Virus record (IMG/VR): IMGVR_UViG_3300022918_000011
Location: 1 to 64,000 of that record
Strand: one strand, 5' to 3'
Length of the DNA stretch: 64,000 bases
Origin: a virus
The position numbers were made by a program, and so were the translations under genes. The notes below the pieces were generated by a model. That model searched no databases. It was not told the DNA's origin and saw nothing but the letters and a program-made list of their open reading frames with translations. Below, in pieces: positions 52,036 through 61,093 of this stretch; positions within the stretch are counted from its first letter, which is position 1; the number at the start of each line of letters is the position of its first letter.

Positions 52036-54282
52036 ATGCGCCTACTCAGCATCTCCACCGAGAACTTCAAGCGTCTCGGCACGTTCAAGTGCAACTTCAC
52101 CACCGGCCTGAACATCATCGCCGGCGAGAATGCCCGTGGCAAATCATCGCTCTTGCAAGCCATTCAGGCGGCGTTCTTCGGTGCCAGCACCATCGCCGGC
52201 AAGGTCGAGAACGTTCCCACCTGGGGCCAGAAGGACTTTCTGATCGAGCTGGACTTCGCGGCCAAGGGTGACACCTACATGGTGTCCCGCAAGAAGGCCA
52301 CGGCCAAACTGTGGCGCATCAAGGCTGAAGGCAACGAGTTGGTGGCCAACGGCAACACCCCGGTCACCGCAGCCATCGAGGAGATGTTCGGCCTGGCAGC
52401 GAAGGATTACAGCTTGTTCTGGCAGTCCAAGCAGGGCGAGTCAGCTGGCATCCTGACCTTCGGTGCCGCCGCGTTGAACCGCAAGGTGGAGGAGTTCGCC
52501 GGCGTGGATCTGATCGACAAGGTTCAGGCCAAAGCCCAGACCAAATCCACTCAGCTGACCGCTTCGGCCGACGCCAAGGCCGTTGCTGAGGAAGTCATGA
52601 CTGCTGCTGAGCAGGCCCGTGACGAAGCCAGTGCAGCGATGGACGTTGCCCAGGCAGCGATGGACGCAGCGACCACCGCGGTTGAAGCGCTGAAGCCGTT
52701 CAACTGGCCAATACTGGTTGATTCCGAGAAGCTGCGCGATGCCCAGCGTGAAGCTGAGCGTCTGTGGAACAAGGTAGAGGCCGCTGACAAGGCGCTGGTG
52801 GCCGCTCAGGCAGCGTTGGCCGCTGCCCAGAAGAACGCTGAGGGTCTGGCGAAGCAGGACGGTGAAGCGCTTCAGGCTTCGCTGGACAAGGCCAAGGCCA
52901 CTGGTACCCAGCTGGCTGCGGATCTCGAAGCGCTGCGTGACCAAAAGGTTAGCCATCAGCGCGCCGCCGATGACCTGGCCCGCGCCACAACTGCTGTCGA
53001 GCACGCTGCTGAAAGCTTGGAGAAGGTCTCGGCCGGCTTCGATTACGCTACCGTCACAGCGATGGAGGCCACGCTGGAGGAAGTTGTCGTCGTCGCTGAC
53101 AACGCCAAGGCCGCCGCCCTCGCCGCTGGCGTCAAGCTGATCGGCCTCAAGGAACTGGCTGCCGGTGCAGAGTGCCCAACCTGTGGTCACGTCAAAGCGG
53201 ACCACGACCCAGCCAAACTGGCCGCCGAAGTAGAGGCTGCTCAGGCAGACCACATCCGGCTGAAGGAGGCTCAGGCCGCCGCAGAAGCGAGCGTTAAGTC
53301 TGCTCGCACCGGGCTGGTGTCTGTTCAGGGTCGGGTAGCTGACATCGAGATGGCGAAGAAACAACTCGCTGTTGTCGAGCTGACCCGTGACAACGCGGCA
53401 ATCGTGCTCAAGGGTACTGCAGCGGTCGACGACAGCGCGGTCAATGATCTCAACACCTCAGTTGAGGCCGCGCGCAACGAGTACGCTGAAATCAACTCCA
53501 AGCTCAAAGGCGTGGTCGAGAACAATCAGCGGTGGCAGCGTGCGATCGACGCAGTGCGCAGCGCTGAACCTGCTGTGGTCTCGGCGCAGGCGTTGGTCGT
53601 TGAGCTCAACGCTCAGTGGGAAGAACTGCCAGAGCCGCCTACCGATGAGGAAGTGGCCCAGGCTACAGCCGCCGAGCGCGCCAAGGTCTCTGCCCATGCC
53701 GCATGGCAGGCGCAGCGTACCGAGTTGACCACCGCTGTCACCACCGCGAATCAGTCCTGTGTCTACGCCGAGCAGCATCTGGCTCGCACCTCGGACCACG
53801 TTCGGGATCTGTTCCTGCGCAACGAGCAGGCTCAGGGGGACGCTGACAAGGCTCAGAAGTACAGCCGCCTGGTGCGGTTCCTGCGTGACAAGCGTCAAGC
53901 GTACCTGCAGGACGTCTGGACCACGGTGTTGGCCATGGCCAGCAAACTGGTCAACGAGGCCACTGCCGGTGAGATCACCCGCGTCACCAATGACGACGGT
54001 GAGTTCATGTTCGAGGAGGCCGGTGTGCTGGCTCCGGTGTCTGGCAGCGCCTCTGGTGCGCAGAAGGCAGCCATCGGCGTCTCGCTGCGTATTGCCCTGG
54101 CACGCTGCCTGTACGGCAGTGAGAGCCCGCTGATCTTCGACGAGCCGACCGCTGAGTGCAGCGAACGCAACGCCAGTGGTCTGGCTGCTACGCTGGCCAC
54201 CTGTGCAGCGCAGGTTCTGCTGATCACACACCGTGAGAACGATCAGGGTCTCGCTGAACACATCATCAACGTAGGGGAATGA
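52036..54282 (+). CDS. SbcC/Rad50-like ATPase
   Basis: ENFK, GENARGKSS, coiled coil with CPTCG zinc hook, SGAQK, IFDEP, ITH. Confidence 0.93.
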   Translation: MRLLSISTENFKRLGTFKCNFTTGLNIIAGENARGKSSLLQAIQAAFFGASTIAGKVENVPTWGQKDFLIELDFAAKGDTYMVSRKKATAKLWRIKAEGNELVANGNTPVTAAIEEMFGLAAKDYSLFWQSKQGESAGILTFGAAALNRKVEEFAGVDLIDKVQAKAQTKSTQLTASADAKAVAEEVMTAAEQARDEASAAMDVAQAAMDAATTAVEALKPFNWPILVDSEKLRDAQREAERLWNKVEAADKALVAAQAALAAAQKNAEGLAKQDGEALQASLDKAKATGTQLAADLEALRDQKVSHQRAADDLARATTAVEHAAESLEKVSAGFDYATVTAMEATLEEVVVVADNAKAAALAAGVKLIGLKELAAGAECPTCGHVKADHDPAKLAAEVEAAQADHIRLKEAQAAAEASVKSARTGLVSVQGRVADIEMAKKQLAVVELTRDNAAIVLKGTAAVDDSAVNDLNTSVEAARNEYAEINSKLKGVVENNQRWQRAIDAVRSAEPAVVSAQALVVELNAQWEELPEPPTDEEVAQATAAERAKVSAHAAWQAQRTELTTAVTTANQSCVYAEQHLARTSDHVRDLFLRNEQAQGDADKAQKYSRLVRFLRDKRQAYLQDVWTTVLAMASKLVNEATAGEITRVTNDDGEFMFEEAGVLAPVSGSASGAQKAAIGVSLRIALARCLYGSESPLIFDEPTAECSERNASGLAATLATCAAQVLLITHRENDQGLAEHIINVGE

Positions 54283-54283
54283 T

Positions 54284-54457
54284 ATGACCGTTGACCAATA
54301 CCGCAGCCATTACGCCACACACAGCAAAGAAGAACTGGTTGAGGCAGTGGTTAGGCTTCACGTTATTAACGAAGCCCAGGCTAAAAGGCTGCAATCATCT
54401 ACCGGAACTGAAGACACTACGCCTCGCAACCTACAGCGTCCCACGGGAGAGTCATGA
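54284..54457 (+). CDS. hypothetical protein (57 aa)
   Basis: Manual translation MTVDQYRSHYATHSKEELVEAVVRL...; GGGGA SD. Confidence 0.5.
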   Translation: MTVDQYRSHYATHSKEELVEAVVRLHVINEAQAKRLQSSTGTEDTTPRNLQRPTGES

Positions 54458-54458
54458 G

Positions 54459-54692
54459 ATGCGAATCCGTCACGTCTTCCGGCAGGTGAAGCTCAGCGCC
54501 ACCAAGTGCGGGGCCTGTTCGGTCTGCGGGAAGTCCGCTACCCGCAGCCATACCGAGTTCGAGACGCTGAACCCGTTCAACACCAACCCTGACGGCAGCG
54601 TGAAGGACGCCAACGACATCCGTGAATCGCTCCAGCCCAAGCTCGCTGCCTGGAAGCTGCTGCCACTGACGCATGCTCGATGCGAGTCCTGA
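54459..54692 (+). CDS. small zinc-binding protein
   Basis: CSVCGK...TLNPFN.N.DG..K...H..C. Confidence 0.7.
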   Translation: MRIRHVFRQVKLSATKCGACSVCGKSATRSHTEFETLNPFNTNPDGSVKDANDIRESLQPKLAAWKLLPLTHARCES

Positions 54693-54972
54693 ATCGACAC
54701 AGCCACGGCGTCCCTACCGGCGCCGTGTACGTCGGTCGGCCAGGCATCTGGGGCAACCCGTTCGAGATCGGCAAGGGCGGCGTGAAGAACAGGACCAGGC
54801 CATCGCGATGCACAGGGAGTGGCTGCTCGGGCAGCCACACCTTATGGCCAAACTTGTTCAGCTCCGCGGCAAAGATCTGGTCTGCTCCTGCGCACCACTG
54901 GCCTGCCACGCTGATACCCTGATGGAACTGGCCAACCCCGGCTACGATAAATCAACCCACATACCGTTTTGA
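54680..54972 (+). pseudogene. DUF4326-family gene split by a one-base frameshift
   Basis: VYVGRP..WGNPF in one frame; LRGKDL.C.CAP..CHAD.L..LAN in another; junction near 54791. Confidence 0.8.
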
Positions 54973-54982
54973 GGTAGTACCC

Positions 54983-55246
54983 ATGGAAATCACAATCAGT
55001 TCCCAACTCGGCACACAAATCAGCACGCTGCAAAATCTTCAGCAGCGTGCCAGCGACCTCAACGAGCTGTCAGAGTCGCTGAAAAGAGACGCGGCTCCGA
55101 AGTTTCTCGGCCGCGACATGCTCAATGTAGGTGTTGATCCTGCTGAGCTCCGCGAGCTGGCCGAGAAGACGCTGCAGCGTGAACTGGCAGCGTTCAAGAC
55201 CCAGCTGAACGACATGGGTATCAACCACGACCTGGAGATCGGCTGA
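54983..55246 (+). CDS. helical hypothetical protein (paralogue 1)
   Basis: GAGGT SD; 87 aa. Confidence 0.75.
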   Translation: MEITISSQLGTQISTLQNLQQRASDLNELSESLKRDAAPKFLGRDMLNVGVDPAELRELAEKTLQRELAAFKTQLNDMGINHDLEIG

Positions 55247-55509
55247 TGCCTACCGACATCAAGGACTTCAGCGTCAACGCGCGGATCGTTCAGCTGCAGG
55301 ACGTGGCTGAGCGGGTTTTAAGGCTGCGGGCTCTCAAAGAGGCAATGGGAAGCGACGGTTGTGTCGGTGACATCATGTACGCGCTGGGTCAGCTGCAGAT
55401 GTGTGACGCGGATGTAGACGCGCTGGCCCGCGCCACTCTGGACCGCTGCCTGGCCAGCCTAAACCAAGACCTGGCAGCGTTGGGTGTGACGTGTGAGGTG
55501 ACGGGATGA
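55246..55509 (+). CDS. helical hypothetical protein (paralogue 2)
   Basis: TGATG overlap; 87 aa. Confidence 0.75.
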   Translation: MPTDIKDFSVNARIVQLQDVAERVLRLRALKEAMGSDGCVGDIMYALGQLQMCDADVDALARATLDRCLASLNQDLAALGVTCEVTG

Positions 55510-55772
55510 ACTCTCAAGCCTATGAGTGGATCACCCTGGAGCGGCAGCTGCCGCCGACGGAGTGTCCGCTGGTGATCTTGGTGCCGGCGGGCACAGAGTA
55601 CCCTTGGCTGCCTGGTTTAACCGCCACATCTGAGGTCGATCAGGTCCTTACCGTGCAGCGTAAGGACCACGTCGACAACAAGGAAAGCGACATCACCTAC
55701 TGGCTGTTGGACGACAAGCGTCGGCTTACAGAGATGAATGTGGTAGGCCGCATGCCTTGGTCGTACCCCTAG
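55506..55772 (+). CDS. hypothetical protein
   Basis: W......LPP...PL.I...R...G...W.YP. Confidence 0.75.
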   Translation: MNSQAYEWITLERQLPPTECPLVILVPAGTEYPWLPGLTATSEVDQVLTVQRKDHVDNKESDITYWLLDDKRRLTEMNVVGRMPWSYP

Positions 55773-55802
55773 AAAGTAAAACGGCGCCCTACTGGGCGCC
55801 GT
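55773..55802 (-). terminator. terminator at the early/late convergence
   Basis: ACGGCGCCC-tact-GGGCGCCGT (55781-55802) with T-rich tail on the minus strand. Confidence 0.7.
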
Positions 55803-56148
55803 CATCCGGCGGTGGCGCCGGAGGCTGCTGTTGCAACGCAGTCCTGAGCAAGTTCGGCAGCGCCGACTTGGCCCAAGTCGTTACAATTTCAAAGCCCTTC
55901 AATCCTGTTGCTCCGACCAAGAGCAGCACGGCATCTCGGTTCCCCCAGTCTGTCGGGATGAACCCACCGAATAAAACCCCCAAGTAAAACCCAATCACCA
56001 CCGTAGCGAAGATCATGAACACGGTCACCTTGTTACCCGGGTGCCTGGCTACCTGGTACAGGTAACCCACCAGAGCTGCGAAAGCCCCCAGTGTCCCGGA
56101 GTATGCGTAGGCTTGGAGCTTATCCAGCAGCTCAGTCGGAAGATTCAC
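55789..56148 (-). CDS. putative holin
   Basis: Three TM segments, lysis cluster. Confidence 0.75.
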   Translation of the reverse strand: MNLPTELLDKLQAYAYSGTLGAFAALVGYLYQVARHPGNKVTVFMIFATVVIGFYLGVLFGGFIPTDWGNRDAVLLLVGATGLKGFEIVTTWAKSALPNLLRTALQQQPPAPPPDDGAQ

Positions 56149-56476
56149 TTAGCTTTCCTTGCGCAGGCACCGAGTCCTTGGCAATGATGTCGATCATCAT
56201 CCAGTACACAATGCAGTTCCCGACGATAAACAGCTGGAACATGCGCAGGGAGAGGTACGTCTTGCCGTACACAACCAAAGCATAGACATTCGAGGCGAGG
56301 AACATGCCGATGACAACCGCAGCGATCAACAACACCGCTGCCAGTTTGTTGCGTCTGTCCTCTGACGCCTCGACCTGTATCAGCTTCCAGCTGCGGTACA
56401 GTTTGATCAGCACAGCTAGATAGATTGCGAACGGCGCCATGTCAACTATGAAGTCAATGATCTTTGGGGTAATCAT
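56132..56476 (-). CDS. putative holin/antiholin
   Basis: Three TM segments, lysis cluster. Confidence 0.6.
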   Translation of the reverse strand: MITPKIIDFIVDMAPFAIYLAVLIKLYRSWKLIQVEASEDRRNKLAAVLLIAAVVIGMFLASNVYALVVYGKTYLSLRMFQLFIVGNCIVYWMMIDIIAKDSVPAQGKLSESSD

Positions 56477-56610
56477 GTTCAGTTACCTGGCCCACTGATC
56501 AGCGAGCTATAGATGGTCGAGGAGGGCGTGCCCTCATGTTGACCTACTAATGCCAATTTCAGTTCGCGCTGCGATGCATCCATGTGACAGGTATCTCGAT
56601 TACTTACCAT

Positions 56611-56928
56611 CTATTTGGCACCAGAAGGTTTTGTCGCCCAAACACGCCAGGCATCGTCGCGAGTCTTGAGCGTTCTCAGAATGATTTTTAACTGATCCAC
56701 GCCAGCCTTGTCCAGCGCCACGGCGCCGTTAGGGTCGTTGGTCAGCATGAACTTTGGGAGGTCCAGCGGGGCGTACTTACGCATCAGCTCAGCCGGTGGC
56801 TTTCGCTCGATGTAGACCGGGACTTTCGTCTCGTAGGGAATTCGCAGTGGCGCGGCCGGCGCTGGGCAGACGACGGGTTTAACCGCGCAGCCAGTGAGTA
56901 GCAACATCACGAGTAGGGATGCTTTCAT
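56611..56928 (-). CDS. o-spanin (Rz1-like lipoprotein)
   Basis: LLTG-C lipobox, Pro-rich, overlaps i-spanin stop. Confidence 0.8.
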   Translation of the reverse strand: MKASLLVMLLLTGCAVKPVVCPAPAAPLRIPYETKVPVYIERKPPAELMRKYAPLDLPKFMLTNDPNGAVALDKAGVDQLKIILRTLKTRDDAWRVWATKPSGAK

Positions 56929-57359
56929 TGGAATAGGTTCTGCAGCCAGGCGTTGGTCAGTGCCGGGGTAGCTGCCAGCTCCCTGTCGGCAGCGATCAGG
57001 CGAGGCAGCGTGGCCATGGCCTGTTCCGCTTTCTCGTTGCGGTCTACGTCTCGCTTCAGCTGCTCAAGGGCATGGTCAGCTATGCCCTGATTCAGTTGCT
57101 GGATCTGCCCGAGGCAGCCAGAGACCTCGATGTCCCTGGCCTGGATCTTGCTCTCCTTCTCCTCGATGGTCTTGTCCTTCATTTTCAGCGTGGACTCTGC
57201 ATTGCGCAGGTTGGACTGAGCCAGGTCGCGCTCTCCCATCGTCACACTCAGCAGGATACCCATCGAGAACGTGATCAGTAGTAGCATGATCATCACCCAG
57301 CGGCTCACGCCGGCTAGCGAGACGCCGGTCTTGAAGAAACCAAAAATGGTCTTGAACAT
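56925..57359 (-). CDS. i-spanin (Rz-like)
   Basis: N-terminal TM plus coiled coil, downstream of endolysin. Confidence 0.8.
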   Translation of the reverse strand: MFKTIFGFFKTGVSLAGVSRWVMIMLLLITFSMGILLSVTMGERDLAQSNLRNAESTLKMKDKTIEEKESKIQARDIEVSGCLGQIQQLNQGIADHALEQLKRDVDRNEKAEQAMATLPRLIAADRELAATPALTNAWLQNLFQ

Positions 57360-57362
57360 AGC

Positions 57363-57386
57363 AAAATCCCCGCGTGATTGCGGGGA
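57363..57386 (-). terminator. hairpin with T4 tail that also contains the spanin SD
   Basis: Minus strand TCCCCGC-aatcac-GCGGGGA-TTTT-gct-ATG. Confidence 0.55.
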
Positions 57387-57435
57387 GTATATGCTGCGAT
57401 GCGGCAGCGGGCCATCACTTATAACCGGCTGTTCG

Positions 57436-58083
57436 TCAGCTGGTGAGAACCTTCAACGCTTTGGCATACAGCGCGGCACGTTCCTCTGCATGTAGAGGGA
57501 TCTTGTCCTCGTCGCCGGTGTTGATCTTGCCGCCGATCTGGGTGATCTTCCCGGCGTCTGCCAGCGCGTTCAGCTTGTTGGTTTTCCAGTACCAGGCCGA
57601 CGACATCAGCCCAGGTCCAGGCTGCTCCAGCTGCTCAGGGTGGTTCACCAGATCGTAGCCCAGCGCCTTGCCGGCAGCCTCGTAGTTGGCGCGGCCGGTG
57701 ATGCCGATAGGCCCGCGCGCGATGAAGCGGATACCGTCATTCGGCTCGGTGTTGCCCAGCTTCTTTTTGCCCCAGGCCCCGCCGTACAGCAGGTTGCCGA
57801 TGTCAGCCTGCAGGGCAGGGCGCACTGCGGTTCTGCCTACCCGCTCGGCATCGATCTTCGAGATCCGATCTCGCTTGAACGTGGCCAGCAGCCCTTCGAC
57901 GCTGTAGTTCATGCTCTCTTTCATCTTGGTAAACTGGCCTGACTCATGCCCGGTCTGCGCGAGGAACGCTGCCATACGCGCTGGCGTGTTGATCTCGGCC
58001 CACTTCATCGCCTCGTTCAACGGGTTCAGATAGAGCAGCGGTGCCTTGGGCAGGATCAGTGTCAGCTGGCGTACTGTGAGCAT
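57436..58083 (-). CDS. endolysin, glycoside hydrolase family 19
   Basis: AAFLAQ.GHES, E..NYS, RG.I.ITGR.NY, SAWYW. Confidence 0.92.
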   Translation of the reverse strand: MLTVRQLTLILPKAPLLYLNPLNEAMKWAEINTPARMAAFLAQTGHESGQFTKMKESMNYSVEGLLATFKRDRISKIDAERVGRTAVRPALQADIGNLLYGGAWGKKKLGNTEPNDGIRFIARGPIGITGRANYEAAGKALGYDLVNHPEQLEQPGPGLMSSAWYWKTNKLNALADAGKITQIGGKINTGDEDKIPLHAEERAALYAKALKVLTS

Positions 58084-58093
58084 GGGTGTGACC

Positions 58094-58552
58094 TCAAACT
58101 AATTCAGGAGGGACGATCGGCTGGTAGCCAAGCATGTACTGGCACTGTACAGACAACGTACCAGGTGAATAGATCGATGGGTTCGGCAGTCCCAGGGCAC
58201 TGGCGCACCATTCACTGCAGAACTGGGAGTGCTCGTCGACCCGGCCACGGTTGAACAGCTGGCTGCCGATCATGGAGAACCAGCCGTAGGTGTTGGCGTC
58301 CGTCATCTCGAAGTACGCGCGGATGCGATCAGGGTTTGCCTGCGGCAGATCGATCACGTCCCAGTTGTCTGGATCCAGATCGATCTCCTCCGGCACCCGC
58401 TTGGACCTGACGCCCTTGTCCATGATCGAGGACGAGTACGCCAGGCCGTCGACGACCAGCTCGCAGTGACTGTAGATGGACCCGCTCCAGAGGCAGATGA
58501 AACGGCTGCCAATGCGGCTATCGTTCTTGCGTAGAGCGAGTCTCACAGTCAT
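58094..58552 (-). CDS. permuted papain-like (NlpC/P60-like) protein
   Basis: YSHCEL...FCSEWCA. Confidence 0.7.
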   Translation of the reverse strand: MTVRLALRKNDSRIGSRFICLWSGSIYSHCELVVDGLAYSSSIMDKGVRSKRVPEEIDLDPDNWDVIDLPQANPDRIRAYFEMTDANTYGWFSMIGSQLFNRGRVDEHSQFCSEWCASALGLPNPSIYSPGTLSVQCQYMLGYQPIVPPELV

Positions 58553-58854
58553 AGGGGAATTTCCACCGGGTCAATTGGAGCGTCGATGATCTCAGCTGCC
58601 CGACCTTCTGCCAACAGGCCCGAGGCTTCAAGGGCCTCCAGGTTTGTGCGCAGCTTCTCAGTTCCGAGATCGATGAACGTGGCAGCATCTACCAGGTTGA
58701 GGTAGCGCCGTACTGTGGCAGCTGGTTTGGTGGCACCGATGCTGGCGATGTCGATGTTGATGGCTTCCTCGTCGGTGAACCGGGAGAGGAACGCCAGCTT
58801 GGTGATGCGCGTGCCAGGCTGGGCGACGGGTTGATCTACTTCGACGATGGGCAT
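58549..58854 (-). CDS. tail fibre assembly/chaperone-like protein
   Basis: ITKLAFL.RFT.EE...IDL...GLL..GRA.EI pattern next to fibres. Confidence 0.65.
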   Translation of the reverse strand: MPIVEVDQPVAQPGTRITKLAFLSRFTDEEAINIDIASIGATKPAATVRRYLNLVDAATFIDLGTEKLRTNLEALEASGLLAEGRAAEIIDAPIDPVEIPL

Positions 58855-59969
58855 TATTTGATCCTCATGTACTTGATAGCCATATTGGAGCCGCCCAGGT
58901 ATTCACCTGCTGGCAACCCAATTGAGTGGGTTGAGATGTAGATGGCACCCGTGGTACCGCCGCTGCTACCTTTTAGGGAGAGCAGTGCTTTGTTAGAGAA
59001 CAAAAACATCAGGCCACCCGGTGCTATTTGCGAACCCGGTGTAGCCACCCAGTTAAGCCCGTCTTTTGACACCCCCACTGTAGTGCCGGTACTGCTATAT
59101 ACAAAGTAGCCGTCACCAAAACTAACAGACAATAGCTCAAACGAAGTTTTTGATGCACCTACAGTCCATACCAAGCCGTCAGGCGAGGTGTAAATTATAC
59201 CGCCTGCCCCCACAGCAACAAACAGACCTAACCCATACACCACTGAGTTTAACGTACCTAGTGTGGGATGGGTCGCACGTAGCGTCCATGCAATGCCGTC
59301 TGGCGAAGAATAGACAACGCCGGCCGATGCTACAGCGACAAACATACCCGCACCATAGGCCAAGCTCTTTGGCGCCGCGGTGGCGAACGACACACTGGCA
59401 CTAAGAGTCCAGGTTATACCGTCAGTAGACGTCATGGATCGGCTACCGTCAGCGACTGCTACAAACTTACCACTAGCGTAAACTAAGCCTATCCAGATGG
59501 TACTGAGTACGGACGTCCTCATTGTCCACGTTATGCCGTCAGGAGAAGTGGCAATGGTTCCGGCGGTACCCACCGCCACAAACAACCCTGCCCCATAGGC
59601 TAGGCCGTTGATGTTGTTGCCACCAAACAGCGCGCTTATGTCAATTGTGGTGAAAGTTAAGCCGTCGGTCGACCTCGAAATTCTACCGGTCGCGTGCCCG
59701 ATAAGCAGGATGCCGTTCGCGTACACGGCACAGTTAGCGGAGTACATGTTGGGCGTGACCTTAGGGCCGGCCCAATAGTCCAAAAACACGTCGAACTTGG
59801 AGAACGCCTCCGGGTAATTGGCTTGCTCATCCGTCATAAGAGAGCCAGACCGTAAGTAATATCGACCTTCAGTCTCTATAAGACTTGGTCCAGCTGTTGG
59901 AAACCAAGCGGTAGCGCCAATGGGTTTACCGCCGCCCCCGCCAAGCATGGACTTCAGATCACTAGCCAT
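58854..59969 (-). CDS. receptor-binding protein 2 (Asp-box beta-propeller)
   Basis: Repeated YG.G.FVAV...S.DG..WT; lower GC. Confidence 0.75.
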   Translation of the reverse strand: MASDLKSMLGGGGGKPIGATAWFPTAGPSLIETEGRYYLRSGSLMTDEQANYPEAFSKFDVFLDYWAGPKVTPNMYSANCAVYANGILLIGHATGRISRSTDGLTFTTIDISALFGGNNINGLAYGAGLFVAVGTAGTIATSPDGITWTMRTSVLSTIWIGLVYASGKFVAVADGSRSMTSTDGITWTLSASVSFATAAPKSLAYGAGMFVAVASAGVVYSSPDGIAWTLRATHPTLGTLNSVVYGLGLFVAVGAGGIIYTSPDGLVWTVGASKTSFELLSVSFGDGYFVYSSTGTTVGVSKDGLNWVATPGSQIAPGGLMFLFSNKALLSLKGSSGGTTGAIYISTHSIGLPAGEYLGGSNMAIKYMRIK

Positions 59970-61093
59970 TACTTGACCCTCATGTAAAGTTGAGAAGTGG
60001 CGACTGGCAGACCGACGTAACGGTCGTAGGTCATCGTCAGGACAGCGGCTAACCCCGATGGGCCTGTAACCAACAGCCTTGTCCCATCAGTGCAGATGCT
60101 GGTTATCGAGCCGGTTAATCCGGCAAGGGTCAGCTTGGTGTAATTTATGAAGTCATTAGAGGCCAGTATCACGCCCTGGTCACCAGCCACAATGGCAAGA
60201 CCCTCGTACAAGAAGCCGGTTCTTAGAAGTTCGTTAGCGGCCAGCGCGGGGGTTATCGTGCGCGCTGTTGCGGTAGTGCTATCATTACCCGCTGATAAAA
60301 CCCCGACGTTTGTGTTACCGATAAAGGTAAACGATGGATTACTGGTGTAGAGAATAGTGTTTATCACCGTGCCAGCGGAGAATGATCCCAGCGAGGTCCA
60401 GCTCGCGCCGTCGGTACTGTAAAGGTTGTTGGCCTGGCTGCTGTAGTAGCTGTAGGAAACGATACCAGCGTAGGCGTTAAGCGCGGATACGTTAGCCACA
60501 CCAGTTTGCACTTGTTGCCAAGTAAGACCGGCGTCGAAGCTTCTGTAAACAATTGTTGCAGTAGCGATCATGAACACAGACCACAACGGAACAAACGTAA
60601 CCCGCGTGGCGGCAATCGTAGCTGACGTGATTGCAGTCCACGTAATACCGTCCGCGCTGCGGTAGACGTTGATGCCGTTCACGGCAACAAAGACACTCAT
60701 AGCGAAAGTGATATCGAACCCCATCCCGCTATTACCAATGCTGGTGCGCTTAACCCACGTCAAGCCGTCCGCTGACGTGTAAGAAAACCCGTCATTGCCA
60801 AGCCCTACAAAGGTACCGTTACCGTAGGCGCATTTAACCAGGGAGACAGTGCCTAGTCCGTTCTGAGCGCCGGTTAACTTTGTCCAAGCAATGTTATCGG
60901 CCCTGCGCACCCCCTTTACCATGTATTTTGCGTACACGTCGGGGTAGTTGGCTTCCTCGTTCTTTAGCTGGAAACCTGACTTAAGGAACGTCATACCATC
61001 CATTTCGATCAGCGACTCTCGCTGATTACCCATATAGATACACTCACCCAGCTCAACCCCACCACCCCCCAACTGCGAAGAAAGACTGAACAT
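59969..61093 (-). CDS. receptor-binding protein 1 (Asp-box beta-propeller)
   Basis: Repeated S.DG.TW; N- and C-termini shared with next gene. Confidence 0.75.
   Translation of the reverse strand: MFSLSSQLGGGGVELGECIYMGNQRESLIEMDGMTFLKSGFQLKNEEANYPDVYAKYMVKGVRRADNIAWTKLTGAQNGLGTVSLVKCAYGNGTFVGLGNDGFSYTSADGLTWVKRTSIGNSGMGFDITFAMSVFVAVNGINVYRSADGITWTAITSATIAATRVTFVPLWSVFMIATATIVYRSFDAGLTWQQVQTGVANVSALNAYAGIVSYSYYSSQANNLYSTDGASWTSLGSFSAGTVINTILYTSNPSFTFIGNTNVGVLSAGNDSTTATARTITPALAANELLRTGFLYEGLAIVAGDQGVILASNDFINYTKLTLAGLTGSITSICTDGTRLLVTGPSGLAAVLTMTYDRYVGLPVATSQLYMRVK

Noticed and set aside
25715-54261. Long minus-strand ORFs (e.g. 25715..26737, 33093..34106, 37496..38650, 45232..46119, 52441..53364)
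   Set aside because: Antisense shadows of well-identified GC3-rich genes; no SDs or motifs.
58854-61093. Diversity-generating retroelement behind the paralogous RBPs
   Set aside because: No reverse transcriptase, and no near-identical TR/VR pair differing at adenines was seen.
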